64,000 nucleotides of DNA from Myxococcota bacterium (lineage in GTDB: Bacteria; Myxococcota_A; UBA796; CAJQPC01). Positions within the stretch are counted from its first letter, which is position 1. The number at the start of each line of letters is the position of its first letter. Positions 26,968-36,827 of the stretch are shown here, one piece after another. A program made the position numbers and the translations under genes. The stretch covers positions 1 through 64,000 of the forward strand of contig DASCPX010000019.1 in NCBI GenBank assembly GCA_036012755.1. The letters are read 5' to 3'. The notes beneath the pieces were generated by a model. The model ran no database searches, was not told the origin of the DNA, and saw only the letters and a list, made by a program, of their open reading frames with translations.

Positions 26968-28463
26968 GTGCTCTCGCCAGAAGACCCCTCCCTTGTCGCC
27001 GGCGCGCTGCGACCCCCCGTGACCGACGCGCTGCTCGGGCCGTGGCCGCTCCACCCCGGAGCAGATCGGCTCGCGGAGCTGCGACAGGCGGTCGAGCAGC
27101 TCGCCACAGACGGCGCGGCCATTGACCTTCGCCTGGCCCGCCTCATCGGCTGGATCAGGGCCAACGACGTCGCCAGGCTCGGCTACTCCAGCTTCACCGC
27201 CTTCTGCAAAGAGCGCGTGCCCTGGCGCACGAGCCAGCTCCGGGACCTGCTGCGGCTGGTGGGGAGCCCGCTCGAGCTGGTGGAGGTGGACGACCAGCTC
27301 GAGTGGCTGACCAGGGCTCGGGCGGGGCTGGTCACCCGGGGGTGTCCCACCGGCATCGAACACGACGGCGACGACGACGGCTTCCGGGTCTTTGTCTTCG
27401 GGCAGCCGGTGGCTGACATCCAGCGGGCCCGACAGAGGGCTCGGTTGTACCTCGGCGCGCACCTGCCGATGCGAGAGGTCGACCGCTACATCCTGGCTTG
27501 CTGGAGACAGGGGCGCACCGCGGACGAAGTGCAGGCAGAGGCCCGAGCGCCGCGGCCGAAGCCGGAGTTCAATCCCTCCTGGTGCGAGGACCCGGATCCG
27601 GCCACGTCACTGCTGGGGGCTTGGACGGAGCCGCGAGATCCCTGGCACGCCCTGGAGTTCCTCGGAGCCCTGGTGTCTGTTCGGGATGGTCGCGTCGCAG
27701 CCCTGGGGCAGCTAGCCGAGCTGGTGATCCGGCAGGGACTCCACTTCGACATGGGCTTCGACACCCTCGGGGCCTTCGCCAACGAGGTCGTCGGGGTGAG
27801 CCAGCGGAGCCTGGAGCGCTACCGCAAGCTGGGTCAGACCCTGGACATGCACCCGGAGATCCGGGCCGCGGTCGCCGAGGGCCTGGATCTGGACCGGGCC
27901 TGCTTCGTGGGTGGCATCGCCCAGAGCGGTCGCGAAGCCAGGGACTGGCTGGAGATCTGCCGCTGTCTGGGAGCTCGCATGCTGGCAGAGGTGGGCGACC
28001 ACGTCATCGAGCGGGGAAGCCGGCGGGTGCTGGCGGAGTGTAGGCACCGGCTCAGCGCAGCGACGGCGCTGGCGGAGGCAGCGGAGGTTGCGGAGCACGG
28101 TGGGCCCCGGTCAGCGGTGGCGAGGCGACAGAAACCGGCGGTGGCCCGAGCGCGACAGAAACCGGCGGTCGGGTCACCAGGATCGCGTTCGGGGACCTGG
28201 GCCGCGTCGCTGCTCGAGGGCGCAAGACCCCCCACTACCTGCCTGTGGACCCGGACCTCGTGGAGGCGGCCCGCTGGTTCCTGGACACGGTGCCCGAGCC
28301 TCGCGGCAAGGGGGGCGATGACCCCACCCAGAGGCAGATCACCCTGTGCCGGTGCTGCCATCTTCGGCTGATCCACGCCGCGGGCGCCCCGGTGACGGTG
28401 AAGCAGGTCGAGGACGTGATGGTGTGGTCCTGGCCGGACAGGGTGGTGGTCGTGGGACCGTGA
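26968..28463 (+). pseudogene. HNH endonuclease-like gene (DUF222/REP13E12-like), frameshifted, HNH domain partly deleted
   Basis: Two LG[YF]..[FL].AF..E repeats; C-terminal GGDD....ITLCRCCHLRLIH in another frame; first CxxC/HH half missing. Confidence 0.65.
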
Positions 28464-28636
28464 CTCTCGCCGGGCTCATCTAGACTGTTCGCCCATGCCC
28501 GGACGCCGCCGAGATCGACAGCGCCGCGAAGCCGCCGAGGCCAGCAGAAGCAGCGCCGCGAACAGCGACGAGAGGCCGCTCCCCTCGCCGCAAACCCCAG
28601 AGCCTCGCGCCAGGCGCCACTGCGTCTACAGCTACA

Positions 28637-28671
28637 CCAGCGCGGGGCTCGGGATGGCGATCCCGCGCTGG
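28637..28671. terminator. GC-rich hairpin downstream of the minus-strand operon
   Basis: 10-bp stem CCAGCGCGGG/CCCGCGCTGG, 16 nt after the stop; no U-tract. Confidence 0.35.
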
Positions 28672-28687
28672 GACTGAGCGCCGTGAC

Positions 28688-30943
28688 TCAGAACTCCTGG
28701 CCGAGCCGCAGGTAGACCTGGGGGGGCCCTATCTGGGACAGCGGCACGCCCACCGTGGCGCCGACCGTCCAGGGGATGACGCCGAGTCCGTCCAGCGTGA
28801 AGATCACGCCACCGGTGGCGCCGTAGCGGAGCCAGGTGCCCGAGAGCGTGGGGTCGATGAGCTCACCGGCCTCGTCGAGCTCGGAGGCCTGGCCGATCCA
28901 GCCGCCCTCCACGCCGCCGGTGAGCTGCACCTCGTCCAGCCAGTAGAGCCAGAGAAGCGGAACCGAGGCGTTCTTCACCGGCCTGCCGCGGAGCTCGAGG
29001 CGGGCGAGTCCGCGCTGGTGGCCGAGCACCGCCCCGGGTGGGATCGAACGCAGGGCGCTGCTGCCGCCCAGGCTCAAGAGGCGGTGCTCCACGAAGCCGC
29101 TGGCCAGGCCGCCGCGCACCTGCCCTGCGAGCGCCACTCGCGGGTGAGGCGCCCAGACCTTCATCGCGCGAGCCTCGCCCGAGAGCCAGGTCTTGCCCGA
29201 CTGCGGCACGATCCCGCTCGAGCCTGACAGGCCGAAGCTGTGGCCCCGGAGCGGGAACTGGTAGTCGACCCGGGTGTTGTGGGCCCAGGCCGCGCCCAGC
29301 CCGAAGGCGTAGCTGCCCTGGGCGGTCGAGGCGAAGGACGGAGAGAACCACGACCCGGCCGACCAGATCGACACCCTCGAGGTCCTCGACCGCCGGTCCT
29401 TCAGCGGTCCGAAAAAGCGGTGGTAGCCCACAGCCGCCCCGAAGAGGTCCTGCTCGTCCGTCGACGCCGTGAGCGCGATGACGTTGCGGGTGTCGTACTG
29501 CCTCCGGAGGTGGGCCGTGGCCACCCCGACGATCTGCCGCTGGGAGAGGTTGATGGTCTCCGGGTAGACCGTGCCGATCGTGGTCCAGCGGGCCGGCCAC
29601 CGGTCGTGGGCCAGGTCGGTCTGGAGCACGTGGCCCTCTGGGTCGAGCACGACACGGCGCGGCAGGCTGCTGCGCTCCAGCCTGAACGACCCTCCGGGCT
29701 CGATCTCCGCGACGTGTCGCTGGCGGTCGACCTCCACGACGAGGGGCTCGACGACCGAGCCAGCGGGGGCTTCGCGCTCCACCTCGACGAGCTCTCGACG
29801 AACGCGCAGCGAGTAGTCCTGCTCGGGATAGGGCCGGGCCCAGCCGTCCAGCCAACCGGCCTCGATCCCGACGCCCTCGATGGCCTCGATCAGCGAGGCG
29901 CCATCGAGCAGATCGTCGACCACCTCGGCAGCGGTGCCGGCCCCCCAGGCGTCGTCCAGCTTGGTGGCGAGCACCCTGCCGGTGACCCGAGGCTCGAAGA
30001 TCTCGACGAGATCGTCCCGCAGCGAGTCCCCCGGGAAGGTCTCGTCGAAGACCTCTGCGTGGAAGGGCATGCGGCCCGAATAGAGCATGTAGTCGACCAG
30101 CGGGATGAAGCTGCCGAGCCGCATCAGCCGGCCGAGCTCGACGTCCTCGATCCGCTCCTGGTACTCGGCTCCGAGCACCGCCGCGGCCAGCTCCGCCTCC
30201 CAGACCCCGGAGACCTCGATACCCGCCGCGAGCAGGCCCCGACCGACCGGTCCCCTGTGGAACCGGTACAGCAGCTTCGGCGTGCGAAACGCCTGGCTCG
30301 AGAGGTAGAGCACGCCCTCGCCCGGGCGCACGAGCCGCCGGTGCATCGGGGCTTCGACGACGACGAGGGACTCCGGACGCTCGCCCTCCGGAAAGGCCCC
30401 TTCCCAGGCCAGCGACAGCTCCTCGAGGCGTCGCGGCCGCCGAGGTCCCCGGTCGATGAGCCAGAGCCCATCGCCGAGCTCCTCGAGGCGCCCATCCACC
30501 ACCGCGATCGAGAGGCGGGCGGCCTCGCCGTGGTAGCTGAGGGTCCCCTCCCCCGCGACGCCGTTGATCACGCCGACGGTGCCCTCTGGGAGGCTCAGCT
30601 CAACCGTCCAGCTCTGGACGGAGAGCTCCTCGGCCTGGGGGTACCAGCCGCCGTTTGCCCAGAGTCCCCCGCGCAACGCCCCGAGGGCCCCGTAGCGCCG
30701 AGGCAGGCTGGTGGTGAAGGTGCCCTCGGAGAACTCCACCGACCCCGTCGACGGCGCCCCGGGGTAGGTGCGCTGGAGCGTGTAGTCGTCTTCGGGCTCG
30801 GGCAGCCTGGCCAGCGGATCGACCAGCTCACCAGCGATCTCGTAGGACCCCCGGATGGTGCGCAGGTCGTCCTCGACCGTCGCGACGATGCGGGCTGCGG
30901 ACGCTGCGCCACCCAGACTCAGCGCCAAGAGCCAGGGGCTCAG
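28688..30943 (-). CDS. Outer-membrane protein: M1-peptidase-like N-terminus plus Omp85/TamA-like barrel
   Basis: GGWYP motif; LGG.SALR motif and terminal RLGQEF. Start uncertain (CTG 30943 or TTG 30928). Confidence 0.7.
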   Translation of the reverse strand: MSPWLLALSLGGAASAARIVATVEDDLRTIRGSYEIAGELVDPLARLPEPEDDYTLQRTYPGAPSTGSVEFSEGTFTTSLPRRYGALGALRGGLWANGGWYPQAEELSVQSWTVELSLPEGTVGVINGVAGEGTLSYHGEAARLSIAVVDGRLEELGDGLWLIDRGPRRPRRLEELSLAWEGAFPEGERPESLVVVEAPMHRRLVRPGEGVLYLSSQAFRTPKLLYRFHRGPVGRGLLAAGIEVSGVWEAELAAAVLGAEYQERIEDVELGRLMRLGSFIPLVDYMLYSGRMPFHAEVFDETFPGDSLRDDLVEIFEPRVTGRVLATKLDDAWGAGTAAEVVDDLLDGASLIEAIEGVGIEAGWLDGWARPYPEQDYSLRVRRELVEVEREAPAGSVVEPLVVEVDRQRHVAEIEPGGSFRLERSSLPRRVVLDPEGHVLQTDLAHDRWPARWTTIGTVYPETINLSQRQIVGVATAHLRRQYDTRNVIALTASTDEQDLFGAAVGYHRFFGPLKDRRSRTSRVSIWSAGSWFSPSFASTAQGSYAFGLGAAWAHNTRVDYQFPLRGHSFGLSGSSGIVPQSGKTWLSGEARAMKVWAPHPRVALAGQVRGGLASGFVEHRLLSLGGSSALRSIPPGAVLGHQRGLARLELRGRPVKNASVPLLWLYWLDEVQLTGGVEGGWIGQASELDEAGELIDPTLSGTWLRYGATGGVIFTLDGLGVIPWTVGATVGVPLSQIGPPQVYLRLGQEF

Positions 30944-31794
30944 AACGTGAAACCCATCCCAGCGTGGATCTCGGGCATCACTTGAGGCGTCCAGGTCGAC
31001 GCGAGCTTGAAGTGGAAGGCCCGGGACACGATGCGGATGCCCCCGTGGATGCGGGCGCGGCGCCACGCGTCATCGGTGGGGTCGTAGGCCTCTGTGTTCT
31101 TGAAGCCACTCACCGGCGTCACGCCCAGGCTCTGGGAGACCTCGCTGGCGAGCTTGGGCTCCGCGTGCAGGATGACCTGCCCGGCGCCGATGAAGGGGGA
31201 GAAGCTGGCGCTGTTGACTCCGAGCAGGGAGCCGAAGGGCAGGGAGTAGGACAAGGTGCCCGACCAGTCCATCGCGCCGAGCTCGAGCTGGTCGTTGCCG
31301 ACGTAGCCGGCGTAGCCGATCTGGAAGGCGATGTCGGGGGCTTGCTTGTAGCCCTCCAGCGGCGCGACGCGACCGTAGCCGCCGAAGACCGTCTGGCGCG
31401 AGAAGCCCACCCAGCCCAGGTTCACCCCCAGCTCGGTCGACAGGGGCAGGCCCTTGCGCACCATCAGCCAGGGAATCCACAGGGCGTTGCGTGCATCGCC
31501 GTCGACGTCCACCCGGTCCCAGGGCGACGGGACACCGAAGTCCGGGGCCTTGTTGCTGTGGAAGGCGATGGTCGTGGCGAGGCCAACCTCGAAGCCGTTG
31601 ATGCCAAGGGTCTCGGCGGGCGCAATGGGCTTGTTCGCGACCGCAACGCCGAGCTCCTGGACGACCGTGCGGTAGTCGTCGACGTTCTCGGCCGGATCGA
31701 GCACGGGCGAGTCGTTGTGGTAGGCGAGCTGGGTGAGGTCGACATCGTCGGGCCAGGCCGTGGCCGTGGCTCCTGCGATCAAGGCGAAGAACAT
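30940..31794 (-). CDS. Secreted/outer-membrane hypothetical protein
   Basis: PAETLG..GFE and RKGLP.S.E motifs; terminal GFTF. Confidence 0.78.
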   Translation of the reverse strand: MFFALIAGATATAWPDDVDLTQLAYHNDSPVLDPAENVDDYRTVVQELGVAVANKPIAPAETLGINGFEVGLATTIAFHSNKAPDFGVPSPWDRVDVDGDARNALWIPWLMVRKGLPLSTELGVNLGWVGFSRQTVFGGYGRVAPLEGYKQAPDIAFQIGYAGYVGNDQLELGAMDWSGTLSYSLPFGSLLGVNSASFSPFIGAGQVILHAEPKLASEVSQSLGVTPVSGFKNTEAYDPTDDAWRRARIHGGIRIVSRAFHFKLASTWTPQVMPEIHAGMGFTF

Positions 31795-31833
31795 CGCCGC
31801 AGAGGGTAGCAGAGCGGGGTCGGAGCCGGGCCC

Positions 31834-33147
31834 TCAGGCCTTGCCGGCGTGCTCGGCTCGGGCCTTCTCGATCTTCTCGGCGTCGAAGCCGCCGTCGTCG
31901 TCGTCGTCGATCCAGGCGTAGTCGACCTGCTCGCCGTCGACCTCTGCGAAGCGCGGGCGCCAGCCGGCCCGGCGTGTCCACAGGAACATGCCGCCCCAGA
32001 GGGTGGCTGCCTCCGCCGCGATGAAGCCGAGGGCGCCGGAGAGCACCGCCTGCGCCACTCCGCCGAGCTGCTCGGACAACAAGAGCGCCTGGAAGGCCTC
32101 TCGAGCGCCCTCGCCAGCGATGGTCGGCGACAGGAGTGTGGCCAGGATCTGGATGGTCGATCCGAAAGTGATGGGCCAGAACTCGGCGGTGGTGACCCCG
32201 ATCGCCAGCGCCGTGAAGAAGTAGACGGCCGCGGTGGTGAAGTGGGTCACGAACTTGGCCAGCAGCGCGGACATCAAGAGGCCGACCTTGCCGCGGTAGG
32301 CGCCGACAGCGTTCGTGAACTGGTTGAGCAGACCGACGATCTTCTTCAGCGGGCCGACGCCGCCGAGGATGCGCTCGGCGAGGCGAGCGAAGAAGACGAT
32401 GATGTCGGGCCAGACCAGACCGACGATGACAACGAGGCTGATGCCACCGGCGACCGCGGCGATGGCGCCGGCGAGCAGGGGCGCCTTGTCCGGCTCGCCC
32501 ATCTTCGTCGTGACGTCGACGATGACCTGGTACCCGAAGGGCATGGTGACGACCATGCCGAGGAAGAGCCCCGTGACGCCGATGAACTTCTCCAGCGCCT
32601 TGGCCGTGATGGCGCGGGGCCACTGGTTGCTGTAGCGGCCAGCCTCGTAGAGCGTGTAGCCGTCGAGCCCGATGGTGCTCGGCAGGAAGGTCCCGATGAA
32701 GCGACCGATGAGGAAGGCCGTCATGATCTTGGACCAGAAGGGGTAGCGGATGCCCTGGCCCTTCAACAGCAGGTGCCAGGCAAACGCGCTCGAGATGACG
32801 CCGATGAACTTCACCCCCATCGCGACGGACGCCCACAGCAGGAACGTGCCCGTGTCGACCTGGTCGATGTAGAGCGCGATCGCCTCGTAGATCGGCGCCC
32901 TGACGCCCTCCTCGACGTCGATTGGGTGGCGCAACAACGCCATGATGCCGACGAAGGTGAAGATGACCTTCGCGACCATGTCGATGGAGCCACGCGGCCC
33001 CTTGTCGATCTTCTTGCGTCCGACCCAGAAAGCGGCAAACGACCCCAGCAGCGCGCCGATGGCGACGATACCGAGCGCGCCGGCCCAGGCCTTCCAGATG
33101 ACGATGCCGAACATGACGGCTGCAAGGGCGATGAGCGCGTAGCCCAC
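31834..33147 (-). CDS. LPG-synthase TM/UPF0104 flippase-like protein
   Basis: W..LL, GRF...FLPSTIG.DG and P.IAG.GARE motifs; many TM segments. Confidence 0.85.
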   Translation of the reverse strand: MGYALIALAAVMFGIVIWKAWAGALGIVAIGALLGSFAAFWVGRKKIDKGPRGSIDMVAKVIFTFVGIMALLRHPIDVEEGVRAPIYEAIALYIDQVDTGTFLLWASVAMGVKFIGVISSAFAWHLLLKGQGIRYPFWSKIMTAFLIGRFIGTFLPSTIGLDGYTLYEAGRYSNQWPRAITAKALEKFIGVTGLFLGMVVTMPFGYQVIVDVTTKMGEPDKAPLLAGAIAAVAGGISLVVIVGLVWPDIIVFFARLAERILGGVGPLKKIVGLLNQFTNAVGAYRGKVGLLMSALLAKFVTHFTTAAVYFFTALAIGVTTAEFWPITFGSTIQILATLLSPTIAGEGAREAFQALLLSEQLGGVAQAVLSGALGFIAAEAATLWGGMFLWTRRAGWRPRFAEVDGEQVDYAWIDDDDDGGFDAEKIEKARAEHAGKA

Positions 33148-33176
33148 GGGGTGTCTCCGAAGAAATCCTCCCGCGC

Positions 33177-34154
33177 TTAACCCCCGATCTGGGTCATGAC
33201 GCCCTCAAAGGGCGTTCCACCCTCCATCAGCGCCTCGTGACCTTCGCGTTTTCCAAGGACCATCGCCCGAATCGCGGCGGCGATGTCCTCGTCTGAGGCC
33301 CCCTCCCGCAGGGGCTTGCGCAAGGAAGGTGTGCCGTCGTCGGAGAGGCAGGTCCGCAGGTGGCCGTCGGCGGCCAGGCGCAGGCGGTTGCAGCGGGAGC
33401 AGAAGCGCTCCGACAGCGGTGAGATGAAGCCCAGGCGCAGCCCGAGCTCCTCCAGTTTCCAGTGGACCGCTGGCCCCTCGCCGAGGTGCTCACGGTGGCG
33501 CACGAGCGTGTAGCGCTCGCCGAGGCGCTCCCTGATGGCGCTGCCCGTGACGCCCCGGTGCCAGCGAGCCTGGAAGGGCATGTACTCGATGAAGCGCACG
33601 ACGAAGTGCTCCGGGCGCCGTCCGAAGTACTCGACCATGGGAAAGAGCTGCTCGGCGTTGAGGTCCTGGAGGAGGACGACATTGAGCTTGACGGGTGTCA
33701 GCCCCGCCTCGACGGCGGCGTCGATGCCGTCGAGGACCTTCGCCAGGTTCCCGCCCCGCGTCATCGAGCGGAAGAGCTCGCCCTCGAGGGCGTCGAGGCT
33801 CACGTTCAGGCGACTCAGTCCCGCGCGGGCGAGACGCTCCGCGCAGCCCGCCAGCCGATGGGCGTTCGTCGTCAGCGCGATCTCCTCGATGGCCTCGATG
33901 GCGCCGATCTCCTCGACGAGGCGCTCCAGGTCACGGCGGATGAGGGGCTCGCCGCCGCTGAGCCGGATCCGCCGAATGCCCAGCTCGGCGAAGATGCGCA
34001 CGAGCCGCGCGACCTCCTCGTAGCTGAGCAGCTTCTTCCGAGGCATCCAGTCCACGCCGTCTGGGGGGAGACAGTAGACGCAGCGGTAGTTGCAGCGATC
34101 GGTGACCGACACGCGGAGGTAGGTGTGGTCGCGGTCGAACCGATCGAGGAGCAA
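33177..34154 (-). CDS. moaA: GTP 3',8-cyclase
   Basis: CNYRCVYC radical-SAM motif; C.RCNRLRL...G....CL; C-terminal IGG. Confidence 0.97.
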   Translation of the reverse strand: MLLDRFDRDHTYLRVSVTDRCNYRCVYCLPPDGVDWMPRKKLLSYEEVARLVRIFAELGIRRIRLSGGEPLIRRDLERLVEEIGAIEAIEEIALTTNAHRLAGCAERLARAGLSRLNVSLDALEGELFRSMTRGGNLAKVLDGIDAAVEAGLTPVKLNVVLLQDLNAEQLFPMVEYFGRRPEHFVVRFIEYMPFQARWHRGVTGSAIRERLGERYTLVRHREHLGEGPAVHWKLEELGLRLGFISPLSERFCSRCNRLRLAADGHLRTCLSDDGTPSLRKPLREGASDEDIAAAIRAMVLGKREGHEALMEGGTPFEGVMTQIGG

Positions 34155-34157
34155 GGC

Positions 34158-35270
34158 CTAGCGCCCCAGCTGTGCGTCGATGAGGGTGGCGATGTTCTTG
34201 AAGACATCCGCGACGGGACCCTCTTCGAGGGCCGCTGGGGATCCGCTGTCGCCACCGGCCCGAATCGCGGGATCCAGCGGGACCTGGCCGAGCAGCTCGA
34301 CGCCGAACTCCGCCGCGATGCTGGGACCTCCGCCCTCGCCGAAGGGGTGCATCCGGTCCCCGCCGGGGAGCTCGAGCCAGCTCATGTTCTCGACCACGCC
34401 GAGCACGGGGACGTCGAGCCGGCGGAACATCTGGACGCCACGTCGGGCGTCGAGCAGCGCGACCTCCTGGGGTGTGGTGACGATGATCGCGCCGGCGATG
34501 GGCACGTTCTGGATCATCGTGAGCTGGGCATCGCCGGTGCCGGGGGGCAGGTCGATCACGAGGTAGTCCACCGGCGCCCAGGCCACGTCCTGGAGGAACT
34601 GGCGGACGGCGCCCATCACCATCGGTCCGCGCCAGATGATCGCTTGTCCCGGATCGGCGAGGAAACCGATGCTCATGCACTTCACGCCGTAGGCCATCAA
34701 GGGCACGATCTTCCGGTCGGCGTCCGCCACCGGCTTGCCCTGCACGTTCATCATCAGCGGCAGGGAGGGGCCGTAGATGTCGGCGTCGAGGAGGCCCACG
34801 AGGTGCCCCTTCGCCGCGAGCCCGACCGCGAGGTTGGTGGCGACCGTCGACTTGCCCACGCCACCCTTGCCGCTGGCGACCGCGACGATGTGCTTCACGC
34901 CGGGGATCGGCGAGAGCTGGACGGGCCCACCGTGGGCGTGCATGCCCGGCCCGGACATCCCGGGGACCTTGTCGTCGGAGGCCGGCCGAGGGGGCCTTCC
35001 GCCGCCGCGGCGCACGCCCTCGACCCGGACACTCGAGGCGATGCTGCCCTGCCACCCCGCCCCGGCGAGGTTGCTCTTCAAGGCCTCGACGATGCGTGCT
35101 CGATCGTCGCGCTCGTGGTCCTTCGAGAAGTCGAGGGTGAAGCTGAGGGTGTCGCCCTCGATGCTCGCGTCGCTGACCATGCCCGCGAGCCAGACCGAGC
35201 GGTTGCTCAGTGGATCACGGACCTTCGTGGCGGCAGGTTCGAGGTAGCGACGGGGGTCTTCGTTGGCCAT
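34158..35270 (-). CDS. mrp: Mrp/ApbC (NBP35-family) ATPase
   Basis: SGKGGVGKST, DADIYGPS, WRGPM, D.PPGTGD and ENMS motifs. Confidence 0.93.
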   Translation of the reverse strand: MANEDPRRYLEPAATKVRDPLSNRSVWLAGMVSDASIEGDTLSFTLDFSKDHERDDRARIVEALKSNLAGAGWQGSIASSVRVEGVRRGGGRPPRPASDDKVPGMSGPGMHAHGGPVQLSPIPGVKHIVAVASGKGGVGKSTVATNLAVGLAAKGHLVGLLDADIYGPSLPLMMNVQGKPVADADRKIVPLMAYGVKCMSIGFLADPGQAIIWRGPMVMGAVRQFLQDVAWAPVDYLVIDLPPGTGDAQLTMIQNVPIAGAIIVTTPQEVALLDARRGVQMFRRLDVPVLGVVENMSWLELPGGDRMHPFGEGGGPSIAAEFGVELLGQVPLDPAIRAGGDSGSPAALEEGPVADVFKNIATLIDAQLGR

Positions 35271-35279
35271 GCGGCCTGT

Positions 35280-36287
35280 CTAACGCGCACTCCACGCCAG
35301 CAGCAGCGACGCGAGCACCGCCTGGGGCGATCCTTCGTGGCGACGCGCCTTGCCATCCCAGCTGTAGACCTGATCTCCCTCGCACACGTAGATGCGCCCG
35401 GTGTCCGTGGCAAAGAGTCGCCCGTTTTCCGGATAATCCTGACCTGTCACCTCTTCGGCCGTACGACCGAGGCGTCCGGTCGAGTGGAGGACGCCGCCCC
35501 CGCGCCGGGAGACCCCGATCTTCGCCGGCAGGCGGTGGAGCGCCACGACCTCGCCGACAGGCTCGCCCGGTCCGATCAAGAGCACCTTCGAGTTGGCTCG
35601 ACGCAGGTCGGGGAAGCCGTAGCAGCCGTAGGACTCGTCGTTGATGATGGCGACTCCACGCTCGCCCGCGGTGTTGAGGATCTCGAGCACAGGAGCGGAC
35701 TTCGCGATCGAGGGCGGCAGGTCGGCGCGCGCCTCGCGATCGAGGGAGCCACCCAGGGCGGCGATCTGCTCCATCCAGGGGGGCGTGTCGAGGACGGGCG
35801 CCTCCTCCGAGCCGATGAGCTGGAAGCCCCGCTCCGAGGGATCGTCGTCGGTGGTCTCCTCGATACCCGGCGCCAGGTCCTCCAGCTCGGGGAGGAGCAG
35901 CTCCTCGAGCGCTACCCGCACCGCCGCGCGCGACTGGGGCAGCGAGACCAGCAGCACGCCGTGGGAGAGCCCCGCCGAAGCCCGCATGCGGAGGGACTCG
36001 GAGCCGAGCTCGCGCTGGGCGAGGCTGTGGAAGAGCGCATCGAAGCCGGGCACAGCGTCCTCGATGATGCCCCCGGCGAGGACGCTGTCTGTCTCGGGGA
36101 AGAAGCGGCTGCCGGTGACGATGACCACCCGCGTACCCTGGGCGGCTGCCGCGGTCAGCGCAGGCCCGACGCCAACGTCCTCGACGTGGCGCGGCCCGAC
36201 GACCGTGTGGCCCGCGTCACCGACGAGCGTGGCGCAGAGGCCAGCCGGACCATCGTCACGCCCGCGAAAGAGGACCTCGACCCGCAT
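35280..36287 (-). CDS. Degenerate MogA/MoaB-like domain fused to an unknown domain
   Basis: VIVTG, PGF..LF..L and LVSLP segments; lies in the Moco operon. Confidence 0.6.
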   Translation of the reverse strand: MRVEVLFRGRDDGPAGLCATLVGDAGHTVVGPRHVEDVGVGPALTAAAAQGTRVVIVTGSRFFPETDSVLAGGIIEDAVPGFDALFHSLAQRELGSESLRMRASAGLSHGVLLVSLPQSRAAVRVALEELLLPELEDLAPGIEETTDDDPSERGFQLIGSEEAPVLDTPPWMEQIAALGGSLDREARADLPPSIAKSAPVLEILNTAGERGVAIINDESYGCYGFPDLRRANSKVLLIGPGEPVGEVVALHRLPAKIGVSRRGGGVLHSTGRLGRTAEEVTGQDYPENGRLFATDTGRIYVCEGDQVYSWDGKARRHEGSPQAVLASLLLAWSAR

Positions 36288-36329
36288 TGTTCCTCCGGAG
36301 AAGGGGCTCCTCAGAGGTATAGCCCGCGC

Positions 36330-36827
36330 TCAGGGTTCGAGGTCGATCGGCCGGTTGATGTTGCGCAACCAGCTGGTGGGCATGGCGACTCGCTCGGCAC
36401 CGTCAGCCAGCTTCTTCGCCGCATGGCCCCCCTCCGCGATCTCCCGGGCGCGGCCTGCCCACGACCCCGGATAGCGGGCGACGAGGGGATGGACGTGCCC
36501 GTCGAAGGCCACGCTGGCGGGTCCCAACGCGAGGAACGCCTCGGGCGGAATCCAGGGCAGATCGCAAGGGGCGAACACCGCCTCGCCGAGCTCGAGGGCG
36601 ACGGCGACGCCGAGGGCCGGGTGGCGGGGCTCGAGGGGCTCGACGAGCACGGGGAGACCGAGGTGATCGAGGCGTCGGTCTTTCGCCACGATGCCGACCT
36701 GGAGGCCCGCCGCCTGCATGGCGCGGGCGACGCGGAGGACCATCGGGATGCCCTCGACCTCGACCGTGGCCTTGTCACGACCGAAGCGAGACGACGCTCC
36801 TCCGGCCAGGACCCAGCCTCTCAACAC
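36330..36827 (-). CDS. mobA: Molybdenum cofactor guanylyltransferase
   Basis: VLAGG.SSRFG.DKA, PCDLP and NIN.P.DL motifs. Confidence 0.9.
   Translation of the reverse strand: MLRGWVLAGGASSRFGRDKATVEVEGIPMVLRVARAMQAAGLQVGIVAKDRRLDHLGLPVLVEPLEPRHPALGVAVALELGEAVFAPCDLPWIPPEAFLALGPASVAFDGHVHPLVARYPGSWAGRAREIAEGGHAAKKLADGAERVAMPTSWLRNINRPIDLEP

Noticed and set aside
28125..28169. 18-bp direct repeat as att site or cause of the frameshift
   Set aside because: The period is 27 bp (in frame) and it encodes a duplicated ATETGG linker.
28495..28677. 60-aa ORF after the HNH-like gene
   Set aside because: No RBS or recognisable features; the region looks repeat/hairpin-derived.
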